Shown: one piece after another, positions 1 through 14,533 of the stretch
Position numbering within the stretch: the first letter of the stretch is position 1
Layout of the letters: every line of letters starts with the position of its first letter
Source of the DNA: Catajapyx aquilonaris
Lineage: Eukaryota
Direction of reading: 5' to 3'
DNA length: 64,000 nucleotides
NCBI GenBank assembly: GCA_000934665.2
Contig: KZ537962.1
Span: 1-64,000 of the forward strand
Notes under the pieces: generated by a model
Seen by the model: the letters and a program-made list of their open reading frames with translations, nothing else
Databases searched by the model: none
Told to the model about the DNA's origin: nothing
Translations under genes and position numbers: made by a program

Positions 1-3000
1 GGGGGGAACTTGAAGCGTGCCTGAATATTTTAACCGAGGTCCCTTTGTAAAAATTTTTGCCCGGGGCTCCCTGAAGGCGGTGAGGTGTAATGATTTCCGT
101 CTGGTAACAACCTCGTGCCGATAATGTCGCTGGTCCCGACTTAATAATTAACCAGATTCTCTTGCCTTTTGATGGCACACGTGTGATAACATTTTGGACC
201 AGGACGATAACTTGTTCGATCAGTTTTTGGGGCGGATGGGACAAAAAATCTCAATCTGGCTGAGATTTCATTATGAGGAAAGCGAGGAATATTTGCAGGG
301 GTGTAATTCACATCCAGCATATTATTGGCTGTGTTCTATGGGGTGTTTTGTGAGCTAGGGAACAAATTTGATCCGACAGTAGTCCGGTCTAAAATGTATG
401 GTGGTATTGATTTATGTACATATGTGAAAAAGCATTTGTTGGGAGGGGTAAATTTTCACGAGGCTGCTGAATTATACAACCAAACAGTACCGAATTCGGC
501 GAGTCACGGTGAGACAAGTTAATTAATTGTGCTTACTCATGCATCGGTCGGATCTGCGAACGTGTTGAAAATAGCGCCACACCTGTTTACAGTTTAATAT
601 TTTACTCGGGCGCAAAGTGCAATCTGGGCATGCCTGCATCGGGTGGGAATATGGGGGAAAACCACATTTCAGTAGTGGAAAGGTCATGTCTGTGAAACTT
701 TTTCAATGTATTTTTTTTTTCGAGGGTAGTGTGAAAACCAGCTGTCATATTAGCACTTGAATCAGCGGTGAATTCATCAATGCAGATTACAACCCTAGAT
801 TCGCACGCTTCAAGAATAAAACTTTCCCCCCCTCAACCTGCCAGTTATTGTGATTGCGTATAGCACCCCTCAACATTCCGGGCCTTGAAAAGTGTGGGAA
901 TGCTCGGGGCAAATCTCCCAACCTTGTCCTTTGAAACCCCGATTACTGCATTTCCGGCCGCATTTAGCCGGGCTGTACCTTGTGCTCACAAGGTACAGCA
1001 GAGAGAGCTCATCCCACAGACGCATCCACCAGAGCAGTAAACAGCACTTAAGTCCCTCTTTGAAAGGCACTGTTTGGGATTGTAAGGAGACCGCAGGACG
1101 ACTGTGTGTGATGTTGTCCTAGTGGAAAAAAAAGAGTGTGGTACTAGTGAGATGGGAGCTCTCAAAGGCTGCTGAATAGCATACAGTGCTTGAGTAGGAG
1201 AATAGATTCCCACGAGCCTATAATAATAATCATAATCATAATGCCCTGGTGGTCAAAATATCAGACAGGTCATTGGGAATCAGATATGCTCATGAATGGG
1301 AGTGAGCGCCGGCCGTCAAAAATGATTGACGCAACATCGAAAGAGAATTATCTACCGCCTTCTCTTTTTATCTGTGCACCGGTACCTTCCTGCGTCATAC
1401 GGAGAATATGCAGAAGGTGATTTACCTTGCAGCTAAAGGTCACGGGTCTTCGATTAGCCTTCCGCCTCACCTTCTTCCGTAACCGACCGTCAGATAAAAG
1501 CTCCCATCAAGTTTTTGGTTTTGACTATTCTTTGAAGTTGCAAGGGAGGAAGTTTGGTCTGGGCAGGAAGAACGTCTGGATTAGACATTTTAAAAGGGAG
1601 GAAGTAGGGGGCTTACCAGGCCGGAAATGGTGCCCATGTATTTTTGTGTCGGCAGTTACTCCCAGTATGGCTCTTCTGACAAACCCTAGGTTATGAATTT
1701 TGGGGCAGGCTAATTATGTACGTATGCCCAACCGGAAGTGGACGTTCTAATTTTAAATAAATTATCTGGTTTAAAAAAAACAATATATAAATAATAAACT
1801 GAATTGCTGAAGTGGTTGTGACGGTTGGTCTGAATGGTGAGTTTGTCATCTTCCCCCTCTGTCGACAAATGTTTGTGTAATATTCCGGACAGGATTAATG
1901 AGATTGCAATTTGCAGTAGGCGTGTGCCGGAGTAAGGAACCTTGCTAAGGTCCACAACGAGATGGAGGGGAAACCCTCATTTTGGTGGGGAGAGGGAATG
2001 GCTTGTGCTCCGGAACATTTCATTCTGACGGGAAGAAAAGGGAAAGAAAGAGGGTGGAGGGACCCTCTCTGTTCGAAGGGGAAGAGGAGATGGTATGATT
2101 TCAGCAAGGGAGGGGATGATGTTGAGAGNTTGGTGGGGTTGGTAGAAGAAGAAAAAATGAAGCCAACTGTGTTGCTTCTTGACTCGACGTTATTCGCCGC
2201 CGTGGCATCGTCGAAAACTTTTTTTATTGCGTTTTGTGCCAATTGTCGATATGAATGTTTGTCAAGTGTGAGGGAAAAAAAGAGGGGTGACCACTTCCAG
2301 AGGCACTTGGGATGGTGAATGGAAGTGGCTGGGAATGAATGGGCTCTCATACTGGGTTGTCAGATGCAGAAGGGGTATTGTTCTGTGGAGATGGGCAAGA
2401 CATTTTTGATGGAGATGCCTATAGCTGATGAGTACAATATTTCAACGTGGCCAGTCGTAAAGGAAGTGCCTTTATGATGGTTAATTCACCGACGCCTGCT
2501 GTGGGAAAAAAGTTTTCTTCTAACTTGGGAACTGTAATTTCGAATTAAGAGCCCAGTGAGTGAAAGCACTCGATACCAAATTGACCGTGGTGGGATCTTG
2601 TCGACCAGAAAGCGAACCCCATTTCTTTTTAAAAAAAAGTTTTTTCACATTTTTTTGTGGACTCCCTCCACATGTCTGAAGCCCAGCAATTTTCAGAGTA
2701 CGAGGACCCTAGTGGAACCCACCCAACCCATTTATAGGTCTGAAAAATATTTCCAAGCGCTGTCAGGAAAGTGGGAAGAAAGGGCCTTTTTCTCCTCTGA
2801 AAAACTGGGATTGACGGGGCTTCGCCAAAGTTTGAGGATAAGAAGAGCCTTGGACTTTTTTTTAGATGGGTATAAAAAAAGGCACCGAAAAATATATAGG
2901 CAGGAAGGGGTTGGCCTAGGTGGCGGGATGAATGCGGTTGTGGTTTTTAAGATCAGCCACAGTTGCAGCACGTTAAGGATCTGAAGGCAGCAAAGAGCAC

Positions 3001-6000
3001 CCGAGGAGGAGAAGAAAAGAAGGGGCCTGAATGGCCCAGGGGCAGCTGGCTGGGAGCCACGGAAAGGGGCTGGTTCCGTGAGAAGAGCTGGGTTGGTGAG
3101 GAGACCCCCAGCCCTATGACCAAGACTACAAGAATGGGAGCTGGATTCTGCACTGCTTGGCTGATTCGAATAGGGGGCATGGGGACACATTCCTGGCCTT
3201 GGTGACATTCTGGTTGATGAGAAGCGGAATGAATTGCTATGGTTTTTTAGCCACATTCACTGTACGGGAGAGCCAACTCAATAGTGCATTGCGGCACAAC
3301 CTCCCACTGTTGACGTACATTGATGTGTATAATTGCACGACCCCAAATTGCAGTTGTCGCTCTAGCCTGGGCCGAGTTCGTCATATTATATAGCGTGCTC
3401 TGAATATGCGGAGCTGGAGGGCACCGGGTAATCAAACCGGGCTGAATTGCAGTTGTCCAGTGTTTCCTCCGGATGTGTCTGGAATGAAACTGGTCCCCGG
3501 AGGAACGTGGGAAAAGCTATCCTTGCGGACTGAAAGTTCATTGAGGAGGAGGTGGCCTGGGGGACCTTTTTGCAGGCCGAGAGAGGGACATTGAGATCCC
3601 TGCCACGGGCTTAATCTGGAGTAAATGCCCCGTGCCAGGTACGCCATTTTGGTGACCATTGGCCTCCTGGAAAATGAGGTTGAATTGGGAACAACTGGGA
3701 ATCACAGCCAGGTTGGAGTCAGGAGGTACAAGAGGCTGATTATGGGTGCTCACGTGTGTTGGAATGGTGGCTTGGCACCTTCTGCTGGGAATATACAGGG
3801 TGTGCTGAAAATGAACCGTTTTCTACCATTTCTACAGGAAGGACCTATACCATGCCTGAGTCATTGCAGCAATGCACACCATTTCTGGCCGTACTTTCAG
3901 ATCAATCGGACCGCTATCGCAATGCATTTTTTAAACTTCGTCGCCTCTGATAAGGACATTTGTCGCTCCATTGGAGTTAACGAGGAAGCCTGTTCCTATA
4001 AACTTCTGATGCGAATCCAGTTGGATGCTGTTATTGTGCAAACTCGGCCCTCATTTACGGGCGCTGTATCATAATTCACTTTAAGTGGATTACGAGTCCA
4101 GCGGCAGTTCTGCCAGATTACCAGGCGCCGTTTGAAGTGCTCATGAGCACCAGATGTCACAGTTTTGGCGGAAACTCCCGGAGGAACTTTTTTTTTGGTT
4201 TTGTTGTTTTTTTTTGGCCATGGGCGTATACAGGGGAGGTCTGGCAGAACGTTGCTAGGTTGTCGTTGTCACCGTCTCTTCAGTCCGGGTAATAAAACTT
4301 ACCTTGGGGGCAATAAAACTCTGGAGAGATCTTCTGACAGTGTAAGATGTAATCGGAGATGAGCCATTTAATTGAAGTACTTGCAGAATGAGGAGGAGGA
4401 TAAGGAGATGAAAAGGGCGTTTCTTTTAGAGAGGCTATAAGAGGATGAAGAGGGTGGGACGAATTGCTGGCACGTGTCAGATTCTGGTTATATACAAGTA
4501 CATTTGGGATGAGTCATAATGTGCTGACTGAGACTGAGTCGATATTGTCCTAATGTATCATTTTAACAATGTTTTTGTGGTCCATTTTGATATATTGTTA
4601 TTTTCGTCCTGATGATACTGCACAGCCCTGCTTCCCTGTGTAATGCATTGATCTATTGAAGGAAAACTTGTCACTTATGGTTAGGGCTGCTCTTGTAGTT
4701 TCCACAATTAGTGTTTTGTTCTCGGGGTTTTTTGAGAGAGGACTCGCCAGGCGGGATTGAGTTCTTTGATGCCGAGGGTAGTTGAGCAAATATAGCGTGA
4801 TGGCTTACCAGCTGAACTTGTGTGAAAGCTTCCCCAGTCCGGGTTTTGAGCCATGATAGATGAGAATCGATTGCCGGCAGCTGATCGAGTGAAAAGTGGA
4901 CGTCGTGTTTACTGGCAAGATCCGCCCATTCAGCTAGGTGCTGGAGAGGGAGTGAAATGATTAATGCTTAGTCCCCTCCCCATTGTATGAGCAGATTAAT
5001 AATTTCGCGATTCGGTTCTCCATAGAGCCCATACCTGTTTCGCAGGAATTGCAGAGGCCGAAGTGGCGGCTTTCCCCAAGGACGATAGCTGCCTATAGGT
5101 GCATTACATGCAAGAGATGCACTAAAATTCTCGTATGGCAGCAGTTGGCTAGGGGGAAACGCGGCTATTAAGCAACGAGTGACGTATGCAGCGAGGGCAT
5201 AGAATGACCTTCACGTTCGAGATTTTACTAACACTGAAGTTGGTTGTTTGGCTATGAACTGTGTAAAGGTGCTTTTTCCAGGACGCGGTGTAAGAATTTG
5301 GGAGGGGAAAACAGCGTGTGACGTCACTGAAACCGGTCTTGACGCAGGAGTATGGTGCGCAGTTGGAAGACAAAAGGCCATGTGTGTTGAGGAGGAAGTT
5401 GCGTATTTATTATTTTTTCCATGTACAGTACTCAACTTGTAATATGTGACGCACTCGGTTAGGACACCCGGAAATTAAGTAAATATGTCAAATGTAATTT
5501 CCCGAGGTCAGCTTGTTGTTGAAGTATGTTGACGGATATTTTCCATTGAAACAGAAAATGGGAAGTGATTTTGATTCTTTGACATTGGGTTCTTGCGGGG
5601 TCAGAGAATGACGATGGCTTCTTTTGTTAGTGTATTTCCCGACACTATAGTTTTTTGTTTGTTTTTTGTTTACATTCTAGGCGGGGTGTGTAATGAGGTG
5701 GTTTCAACCCTTGCGATATTCTCATAATCATTGCCCATGTAGTGAGACATCGTGCAGCTTTGTTCGGTGGGAATTACGTGGTAAGGCACGAAACGAAGCC
5801 TGAAATTAAGGAAACTGAAGCATGAAAACAATAATTTGGAAGCAGCTGCAGACTGAATAAAGTAAATATTGCTCTAGTAATGCTTTTGTTACAGCCAAAT
5901 TATGGGGTTTAAAAAGGGGGAATATTACCAAGGATAATAGACACATGCTTAAATATTAATTTATTATATATATTGCCAATGAAATGCGCGATGTAAATAT

Positions 6001-9000
6001 CTCGTAGAATGAAACCCTCAGAAGCATTCATACGATATTCCTTGCTGTATTCGCATGAATGTGCTACTGGTCAGGTGTTTCCTTCATTGAGCAAATGCAT
6101 CGGTCACATGTTTTGACTACACATTTTTTGCTTCTGCTGATGAAAATACGCGCACAATGAGTCATGACACCATATATCATAACAGGAGGTGCACACCACG
6201 GACATTTACATCACACATATTCTGACCATGTAAATTTATTTTTGAGCATGCTTTTATTTCCTGGTAATATTTTTCCATTTTCCTCCCCATAACAAAGCCT
6301 CTAATGAGCTTTCTGCCTATTGTCTTAATTCAGTGAACCGTTGTCAGTACATATTAGATTATTGCGCCATCAAGTAAAATTATCCCTTTTACTATTCATC
6401 ATTCTTATTGCTTATGCGCTTTTTGTTGTAATATGCACCGCAGAAATGAGAAAATAATTATGTACTTCATTATATGCTGAATTTTTTTGTTTATGGTATG
6501 ATGAGGATGAAGACGTACGGTGAAGTTATTTACGACGTAGAGGTCGAACCCACCTGATTTATATGTTAATGAAGGTTCAGGTATTTCCCCTTTCTAAGAG
6601 ACCCGAGGCAGTTGCGTGTTTTATGAGTATATATCACTGCCTGTGTACACTGCATGCATGTAGACTTATCATCGCATATTATGTTGCGTAAAGGACACTG
6701 AGTACACCATAATAAGCAGAATAAAAGAATGCGTATGTCCGCATATACACTTCGAGCCCTTTAGATTAAAGAGAGAGAAAAAAGTCAATTCCCATATTAC
6801 TGTGCACACGCACCCATATAGGCGTACTATTTATGAATGCAAAATGCCCATTTCTCCCAACTGTTGCATTTTAGGGTAGTTACAGTAGACAATATGGGAT
6901 ACCATAAATCATCACACAAAATACTCACGCTGAAGGGCTTTGAAGTAAAAAGCACTGGTTTACTTGACCAAAATGGACCTATCAGGGACTAATTGCATCA
7001 GACAGGAGCACCCAGCAGTTTTTGAGAGCTGACCCTTAATTTTAGGTGTGGTTTTCCGCAAAGTTCTCCCACCGAGTGCATCCCGCTCCCAGCATAATCG
7101 TTAGATTCATTTGTAAGCGATAGTAGGGCTAATAAATTGTTCCATAGCGTGACAGCATTCGTCACGCAGCTAGTGGTTGTAAGCGTAGAATCCGCCTCAT
7201 AAAAATCAACGATAGCCATATTTTATAGTCGCCCCACCTAATGTTGGATAAATCGGTTTTTGAGCGTACATCACGCCATATAAAGAGGGATAAAATGCGG
7301 AGCTTTACGTGTTTTTGGGTTTGAATTGACGTATCCCACTTAATTGGCAATTATGAAGGACGACCATTGACACATGGAATGCCACAAATGAGTTCATTGG
7401 CATGTCGAAGAGGCGAGCTTCACAAGCGACAGGTGGAATTAGTTGGGAAACGTTGTTTCCGTTCTGACGTCGTCCCAGCACGTCAACCGTGTCTACTCAG
7501 CGAATGACACACGACCTCGGTTGGGAATTTTCCAACCCCCGACGGATCATCTCCGGGTCCAATAACCGCAGATGTAAGCCATGCCGCCAATGCCAATGGA
7601 AACCCGGTTGAACGGATTTGGAGTTTGCAAACCAGAGTTTGTGCATATACAACTCATCATGGTGGGTGAATTGTAAAACATGGATAGGGGAAACTATGGA
7701 GGTTCACGCTGTGCATTACTTGAAATTTGATTTTTTTTTTCAATGGGAAGTCTCCTAAGGGTGTGCTGAAGTGTAAGGCCTGGAGCGAGGAGAAAGGCGC
7801 CATGTGGAAGGTATGGAGGAGCCACCTGGTGAGGAGGCAGCTGCTGATGGTCCTTCCCAAAGGGCACGCGCCTCCTGTCACAAGAACATCTGCTCTTGAA
7901 GATGAATTCTTGCTGAGGAAGCATCAGATTGCAGGGTGCTCAAGAGTGCGGCTCTGACCCCATAGGGTTACTTAGGGTCATTGTCCAATAATATTCTACA
8001 GATTAGTCTCAACTCAGGCTGCCAAATGATTGATTACATCGCATCATAGTTTCCTCAATAGCAGGTTCGAAGGGACTATTGCAAATAAGTGATGCAATTT
8101 TCGTGCCACAGAGGCTTTGTAACGGGTAAAAATACCAGTCAGTTAATATCCCATACTGCGCATATGGCGGTTTCAGCTGAAAATTTTGCACTGCTGTGCA
8201 GTGATACTTATCTGGGTGATAATACAGTTTGTGCATGTAAATCGTGCCTGTACAATGCAGAGTGCAGTACCAACCTTCCACCAATATAGCGTTGCACATG
8301 CGATTAGCGAAGCACGAACCGACCCAAAATTAGATGATTATCCCCTTGTGTGTTTGGGCTTTAGAATTGATGCGTATCTGTAGGTTTCTAAATGAGCTAG
8401 AGCGATGGGTATACGCTGCACTATGGCAGTAAAAAAAAAAGTATAATGACATTTATAACGTGATGAATGTAAAAGTTCACTTGTTTTTGAACCATCATTC
8501 GCTCTATACCTGTGCTAGTGCGTCTGTAAGCCGACGTCTATTTTTGGGCCAAGGCCGGGTTTAAATATTTGCACAAAGAACGGATTCACGTCCTTTGAAT
8601 GCAGACTCTGGACCACTAAATGCATCCGAACTTCATGCCACAAATGAGACGGGTTTTTTAAAAAGGTGCGAGATTAAGTCTGGGCTGTCAGTCCTGTCCT
8701 AGTGGAAAATTTGCAGCCTTGATATTAAATATTCAACTTTCTCCTTTTGAACTTACACTCCCGCGTATACGTAATTTGCTGCAAAATTTACATCACAAAG
8801 AGTGCAAGTTCAGTAATCCTGCATGCAGTTTGCTTGACCTGCCAGATGCTTACTGTACACATATGTTCACACTTGAATGGAATCGAAAGGAAATCCCAGC
8901 AGCAGTTTATGGCTAGTTTTAAAATGAGTTACGATTCAGGTTTTGATTGAAACCCCCAATATTCGTTAAGGATTTGCCTGGGTGCAATATAACGTTTTAT

Positions 9001-12000
9001 TCGTCTCCCTTGGTGGTTTTGCTTAAACTTTGCGGAGGGGGCCATCTCGCACATTCAGGTTGGATTTGTGAAAGGCTCTTTTTGTCTTGAAGGGCGCACC
9101 TGCTCGAGGGATCAACTTCTCGAATTATTCGGCGGGCCATTTGCCGCGGCGAATTCCTGGCGTGATTTGCATATAGAAATGAGGCGAAGGAATGGAGAAT
9201 AGGAAGCACTTCACTGTCGATTCAGAAATTAAGCTTATAATGGCGTCGTTCTGTTTCCTCCGGGGCGGAGCATTGAATGGGATGAAGCTTTTTTGGCTAT
9301 TTCGGCGGAAAAGTTTTACTCCCGAAGAAGAAATCCTGCTGATGGAGAGGATTTAATTCGGATCTAATTTCTAGCCGTGTTATATCCCAGTGCTCCTTCC
9401 GTGGTTTTATCCGTAATAATTGGGCAAGTTTTTGCGATATTGTTATCGTAATGGTGAGGGATGAAACGGGAGATTTAATCTGTAAGTGAAACTGAATCGC
9501 TATTATAGCGTCGTAAGTGAAATACATTTTTATGAGCTATTGTGTAACTTCTGAGAGGGAACCTGAAATAACTACCGTCTCGAATTTTAAATGGCTTTAG
9601 ATTATCACTTCATTTGCGAGCATTATCATTTGAGACACGTATAATGATCGGTTTCGCTGTTTTTAATGCAGCAGTGCGTAAAATTTGGCTATTTGCATTC
9701 TGCTCAACGTGTAGGGGATCGTGAAGGGTTATCTTTTTCATGCGAGTGGCATGGCCGTTTATCGGTTTGAAGCCGCATTTGCATCGGGTTTTAAGTGGCA
9801 CAGTTTCATTCACACTTTAATCGGCCAATGGTTTCAGTGTCATTTCCATCTGCGTATGGCAGCATGGGCCGGAACCAGAGCATGCTTTGATGGCAACAAG
9901 CCGGACTAAAAAAAAGTGCATTATTGAAGCTACTGACTGTTGGGGCGATGGCAGCCAACAAAGGCAGACAGCTCAAAGGGCGAATGTCCTTTTGTCGCAT
10001 AGAAGAGGTAAACCCTCTCCAAAACCATGTGTCCACATGAAACGGGGCTGTGAGGGCGTACGTAAATTTGCGCATCTGGGTATGTGACGGGCGTAATCGT
10101 CGACACAGCTGTCATGGTCGGGGCAACGTGACGGTAAATAATTGAGTTGCTCGCACGTGACTCGTCACACTTGCTGCCAAGTTTGTGGGTACGGCCATTT
10201 TGTTGACATGGAGTGATATGCAGCTAGTGGTAAATTAACCCCACCTACANNNNNNNCCCCCCCCCCCCCCACCATGCCCATCCGATACGAATGGTCCATT
10301 TGTGTCAGGGTGTGATGAACACTGTTAATTAGGGGATTATTGTCGCAAGCCAGGTGCGGAATTGATTGCGAGGATTTGCACGACCTAGTGCGTCGTAATG
10401 TGGCTGTTGAACGCTTTTAAAGCTGTCGCCCAGAAGTTATTTTTGAGCTAGATAAATGCAGGGGCTTGACAATAGCGATTGAAGTTGGATGTTCTTAAAA
10501 TATGAAGTCAATCTGTTCATTCTGGGATGCCAAGTGTGTCATACGTGACGCATTGTATGCAATGTCAATGGGGAATTATGTGGCAGTGAGGTACGCAGGC
10601 ACAGTTTCAGGAAATAATTTCATGCTTCAAATATAGAAAACCTTCCGACAACGCGACGGTGTAAATATACACGATGAGCTCTATATAATATTTATGTTTA
10701 TGCTGTATTTATAGATGTGCAAGTGTTTGGAAAGGTGAATTATCCTGTTGTAAATCATTCTGAAAAAGAAGTCTTTGGTTAAATTACGTAATACAAGACA
10801 TTACATGACATAATTATCTGCATACATTACTGAATCATTACGTATCCGTGGAATTTAGCCTTGAGAATGGAAATCGCTAAGTACAGGTAGCCAATTATCT
10901 CCTCCCCCCAACTTTATCTCCACCCACTACGTCCTATATATGCGGGAGTATACCGTCGTAGTCCCTTGCTCTACCGGCATTGATGTTATCTGCATTTACA
11001 CGATATTTTCTCTCCCTTAAAGGAAACCAAACTTCCTTCCTATATTTCCCGTTGTGTGTACTGCACGTTATGTTTTCAAAGAGGTCATATTATTTCCTTA
11101 TTCTTTCTGCTTTAGATGCTTTTAAAAGCTCTTTGAGACTATGCCAGAAAATCTTCTGCTTCTGTCCTATCATTTTGCGAATATTGATATGTCATTTCTC
11201 ATGAGTTGTTTCAATAGGGCCTTACGCTTGCATTTCCTGTAAACGGTAGTTGTTTGCCAGTTACGTTCGTGACTCAAGGGATTATGCTTCTCGTCGAGCA
11301 TAAAAAGGGGCAATTAGAACCTTGAAAGTTTCTTAGGGGCATCCCCCTTCACGCCTCCAGGGCACTAAAGTACATTTGAACATCTAACTCCTTACCATAT
11401 CTCATTGGCATTCCAAGGGAGCGTCTTCCATCAGTAGGATGATACTCCCCGAAATGAAACAAAAGCTCTAGCATGAAACCTGAGTTGCACCTTTGGGACC
11501 TAACTCCAAATTAACTTGTCACAAGGCAAGAAGGGCGGCTCTTTCCCTTCTCCAGGTATTACAATATGTATGTGAGTCGGCGCGTACATACACGCCTTTA
11601 GGGCAAATTATACATCAACATAGTTATGTGGCACGCGCAGTATAGAGTTTGATGTTGACTTTGGAGCAAAATTGCAGGGCTGCTGAGGGTGCCCATCATC
11701 TCTGGATTTACAGTAATGAGAGTGGACCTCTGGTGCGACACGTTCATTGAGCCGGCCTCACAATCCCGCAAGCTTGTTTGAATTGGGGGTATAATTAGAC
11801 CACCTTGAGTAGACGATAGTGTTGGGATAGGGGATGACCGGAAATTGGAGTCAATTTTATTTTCGCTGACGTAATTAAATCCGGAATGATTCCGACAGGT
11901 AGTGCCTATATAGCCGGTAATCGGTCACCGTCAGCAAATCAGCAACAAATTATTATTATTATGTGTCTTCCTGTCTTGTACCGACTTTCAGCCTGTTTCA

Positions 12001-14235
12001 CCCTTGGTATTTTCCATGTCGTGGGGGATCCGGAATAATTCCTTAACAAAATTCCTTGATATCATCTAACATTCAGGAACTACGTTCCAAGTCATCTGTT
12101 TGGCATTACCGTTACCGCAACAAAACTGTGCAAATAATTACCGTAATCCCCGTTGAAGGCACCTGGTGTAATTGCACGATGCACTTAGCGGGTTGAATGC
12201 TAATGTTAGGCCATTACTGTCTACCCATTGGCATCATGCTACACAGTGCCATCCATATCTGGAGCTTCTCAGGCAGGAGAATCACTTTGTTTAATAACAC
12301 CCATTATCACTTGGCGCCTGGCAATATTCTCGGTATCAGTCATTTTGCACCTCTTGTGACTGCTCCAAACATGCATAATAAGCCGGTCACGTCGGTTTTG
12401 TTTGCATGAGCAGGTTGCAGAGACCTTACATGGCGAGAGGCGGTGTATATAGGAATCGGTCGTAATATTCAAGAACTAGTTCCTGCCGCTGTCAGAATTG
12501 CCGGGCGCAATAAGCTCCTACACCTCATTAACTGGTCTAATAAGCCTTTCGGGTTTTCACAGTTCCACGACGAGATTGCATCGTGCATTTGCGTAGCCGA
12601 AGAAATCTGGTTCAGAGTCTGCTTGCCTCTGGTGAATGTGCTGCACGATGTTTATATATGTAGCGCTATACACCAGTGGGCAGGTTGGGGGATGGCACAA
12701 ACTATGTGCTCCATCTTTTAGATTTTTTACTTCCGGGCGGGGACAAAAATTTCCCGGGCTCAAAATTGAGCGGGGCCTGAGCTTCGGGCTATGGCTGCTG
12801 CAGATGTAGTAAAATGTAACGTATAGTGGCATGCCCTGCAATACAGTGTACGAGTATATGGAGAAATGAGAAATGGTGTCCAGGGAATATGGGAGTTTTT
12901 GTGTTAGTCTGGGTAGGTGGACTGGTTAATTGCTTTTAGGATATTTGTACTTTTCAATTAATATTTGAAGCAATATTAGTCCCACATGTAAGGATTTTCT
13001 CTATGGACACTATTTTTTACGCTGGTCGAGAGACCTTTTGATTGGGAATGATGCCCTAATGCTATTTAAAGAAATGCACAAACTGGCATGATTGTTTTAT
13101 GAGTATATCTTGTAGGTGGAAAATTGAGATGTAACTGGTGATGAGGGGGAGGGGAGGAATGGAGATTTTTTACTACGTCATTCAGCAATAATGCTTTCAA
13201 ACATCTAAGGCCAAGTTTTGAAGGTTACTCATCTATAGCATTTGACTCAACTGCAAGCCGTATTTGAGCAGGAAAGGTTCTTTCTCGGAGGGAGCAAGGA
13301 ATCGTGCTTAATGTTCTGGCCGAGAAAATTTTGTTCCGGTTAGTAAACCCATGCATAACGTTTCCGCTCAATGCTTCTCTTGTTGGAAAACGAAAGTTTT
13401 GGAACCTGAGGAGATCTTCAACTGAGCCAATCAATAAAATCGATACCCAATACTTGGTTCTTTGTTACTGTGTCCTCCTCATTCAAGTCTGATACGGTCA
13501 TTGATAATAATCCAAAGTGGTAGTCTAAATTATAAATAAATAAAGTATAAATTACTCCATCGTCCATGATTTAAAAATCATTGCACTGCTTTTATATGTA
13601 ATGTGCTGCATATAGGGTCCAAAGCAAGTAGCGTAATGACACTTTCAAGAAATTTTCCAGGATTATTTTTGAATGAACTCATTTTGCCTTTGACTGTAAT
13701 GCTTCATATAGGCCTGCGTAATTGTCAGGTCTTTCAAAAGAGACTTATACTTTTAAAACTGCTAATGCGCGAATAAATTATGAAAATCTCTACGAGAAAT
13801 TAATTAGCAATTAGTATGGCATTATTGGAGAATACTGTAATGGCTGTGGCACAGAATTTAACCAAAGGCCAAGGCATACTTTCCTGAATTAACCTCCCAC
13901 TTCCTGACTTCAGTAAAAGCCGCACTTTTGATCCCCTAACGACCTCCTGCGCAACCAATAACGATAATTGACCTTTCCGTAAAAAAAAAAACGACAATAA
14001 AAGGTTCCTTTTTATGGGGTCGTGAAGGCAATGCAACGGTGGGGTGAAAAATGATTTAAGGTCTGAGCAGATTGGGTGTGCCCCCGATTAAATTTCGCTT
14101 CCGGAAAAATCCGGGCCATCCGGGGGATAGATCGATGATGGCACGGCCGGTGCTGAGACTGTTCCAATACCAATACGCTCTAATGACATCGGTTAAGACG
14201 TGTGTGAGTAACTGCTTTTTTCGATCTGGTTTCAG

Positions 14236-14292
14236 ATTGGAGACGTCGTAGTCTGGTGTCATCTATAAGGCTGGTTCACCAGCGACGACAGG
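14236..14292 (+). other. krz: 5' UTR part of the first coding exon of beta-arrestin (an upstream non-coding exon is implied)
   Basis: Acceptor-like ctgcttttttcgatctggtttcag ends at 14235. An in-frame TAA lies upstream of the ATG at 14293, so that ATG is the start codon. Confidence 0.6.
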
Positions 14293-14324
14293 ATGGACGA
14301 CGGTAACAAGCGGCAAGGAACAAG
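14293..14324 (+). CDS. krz: beta-arrestin coding exon 1 (MDDGNKRQGT-R)
   Basis: ATG GAC GAC GGT AAC AAG CGG CAA GGA ACA AG|gtaggt. Phase 2 joins exon 2 to give ...KRQGTRVFKK, the typical beta-arrestin N-terminus (human MGDKGTRVFKK). Confidence 0.85.
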
Positions 14325-14513
14325 GTAGGTTGTCTGCCCCCCCCCNNNNNNNNNNNNNNNNNNNCCCCCCCCCAAGTCATATTCTGCACATTACGCAATT
14401 GTACAGCTTAAATTATCGTACAGTAGTGGCGTAAGCTAACACAAATCATGAGTGAGGATTTTAAACAGGTGACATTGTTCGTCATTTTCAAAGGGTATAG
14501 TTCTGGCAAAATG

Positions 14514-14533
14514 GAGAGAGAGAGAGAGAGAGA
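14514..14533. repeat. (GA)n microsatellite
   Basis: About 10 GA units, roughly 190 nt downstream of the exon 1 donor. Confidence 0.9.

Noticed and set aside
1..14235. Many 60-175 aa ORFs on both strands upstream of the arrestin start exon
   Set aside because: No recognisable domains, overlapping frames and low-complexity translations. Most likely 5' UTR intron or intergenic DNA. No TSS could be located.
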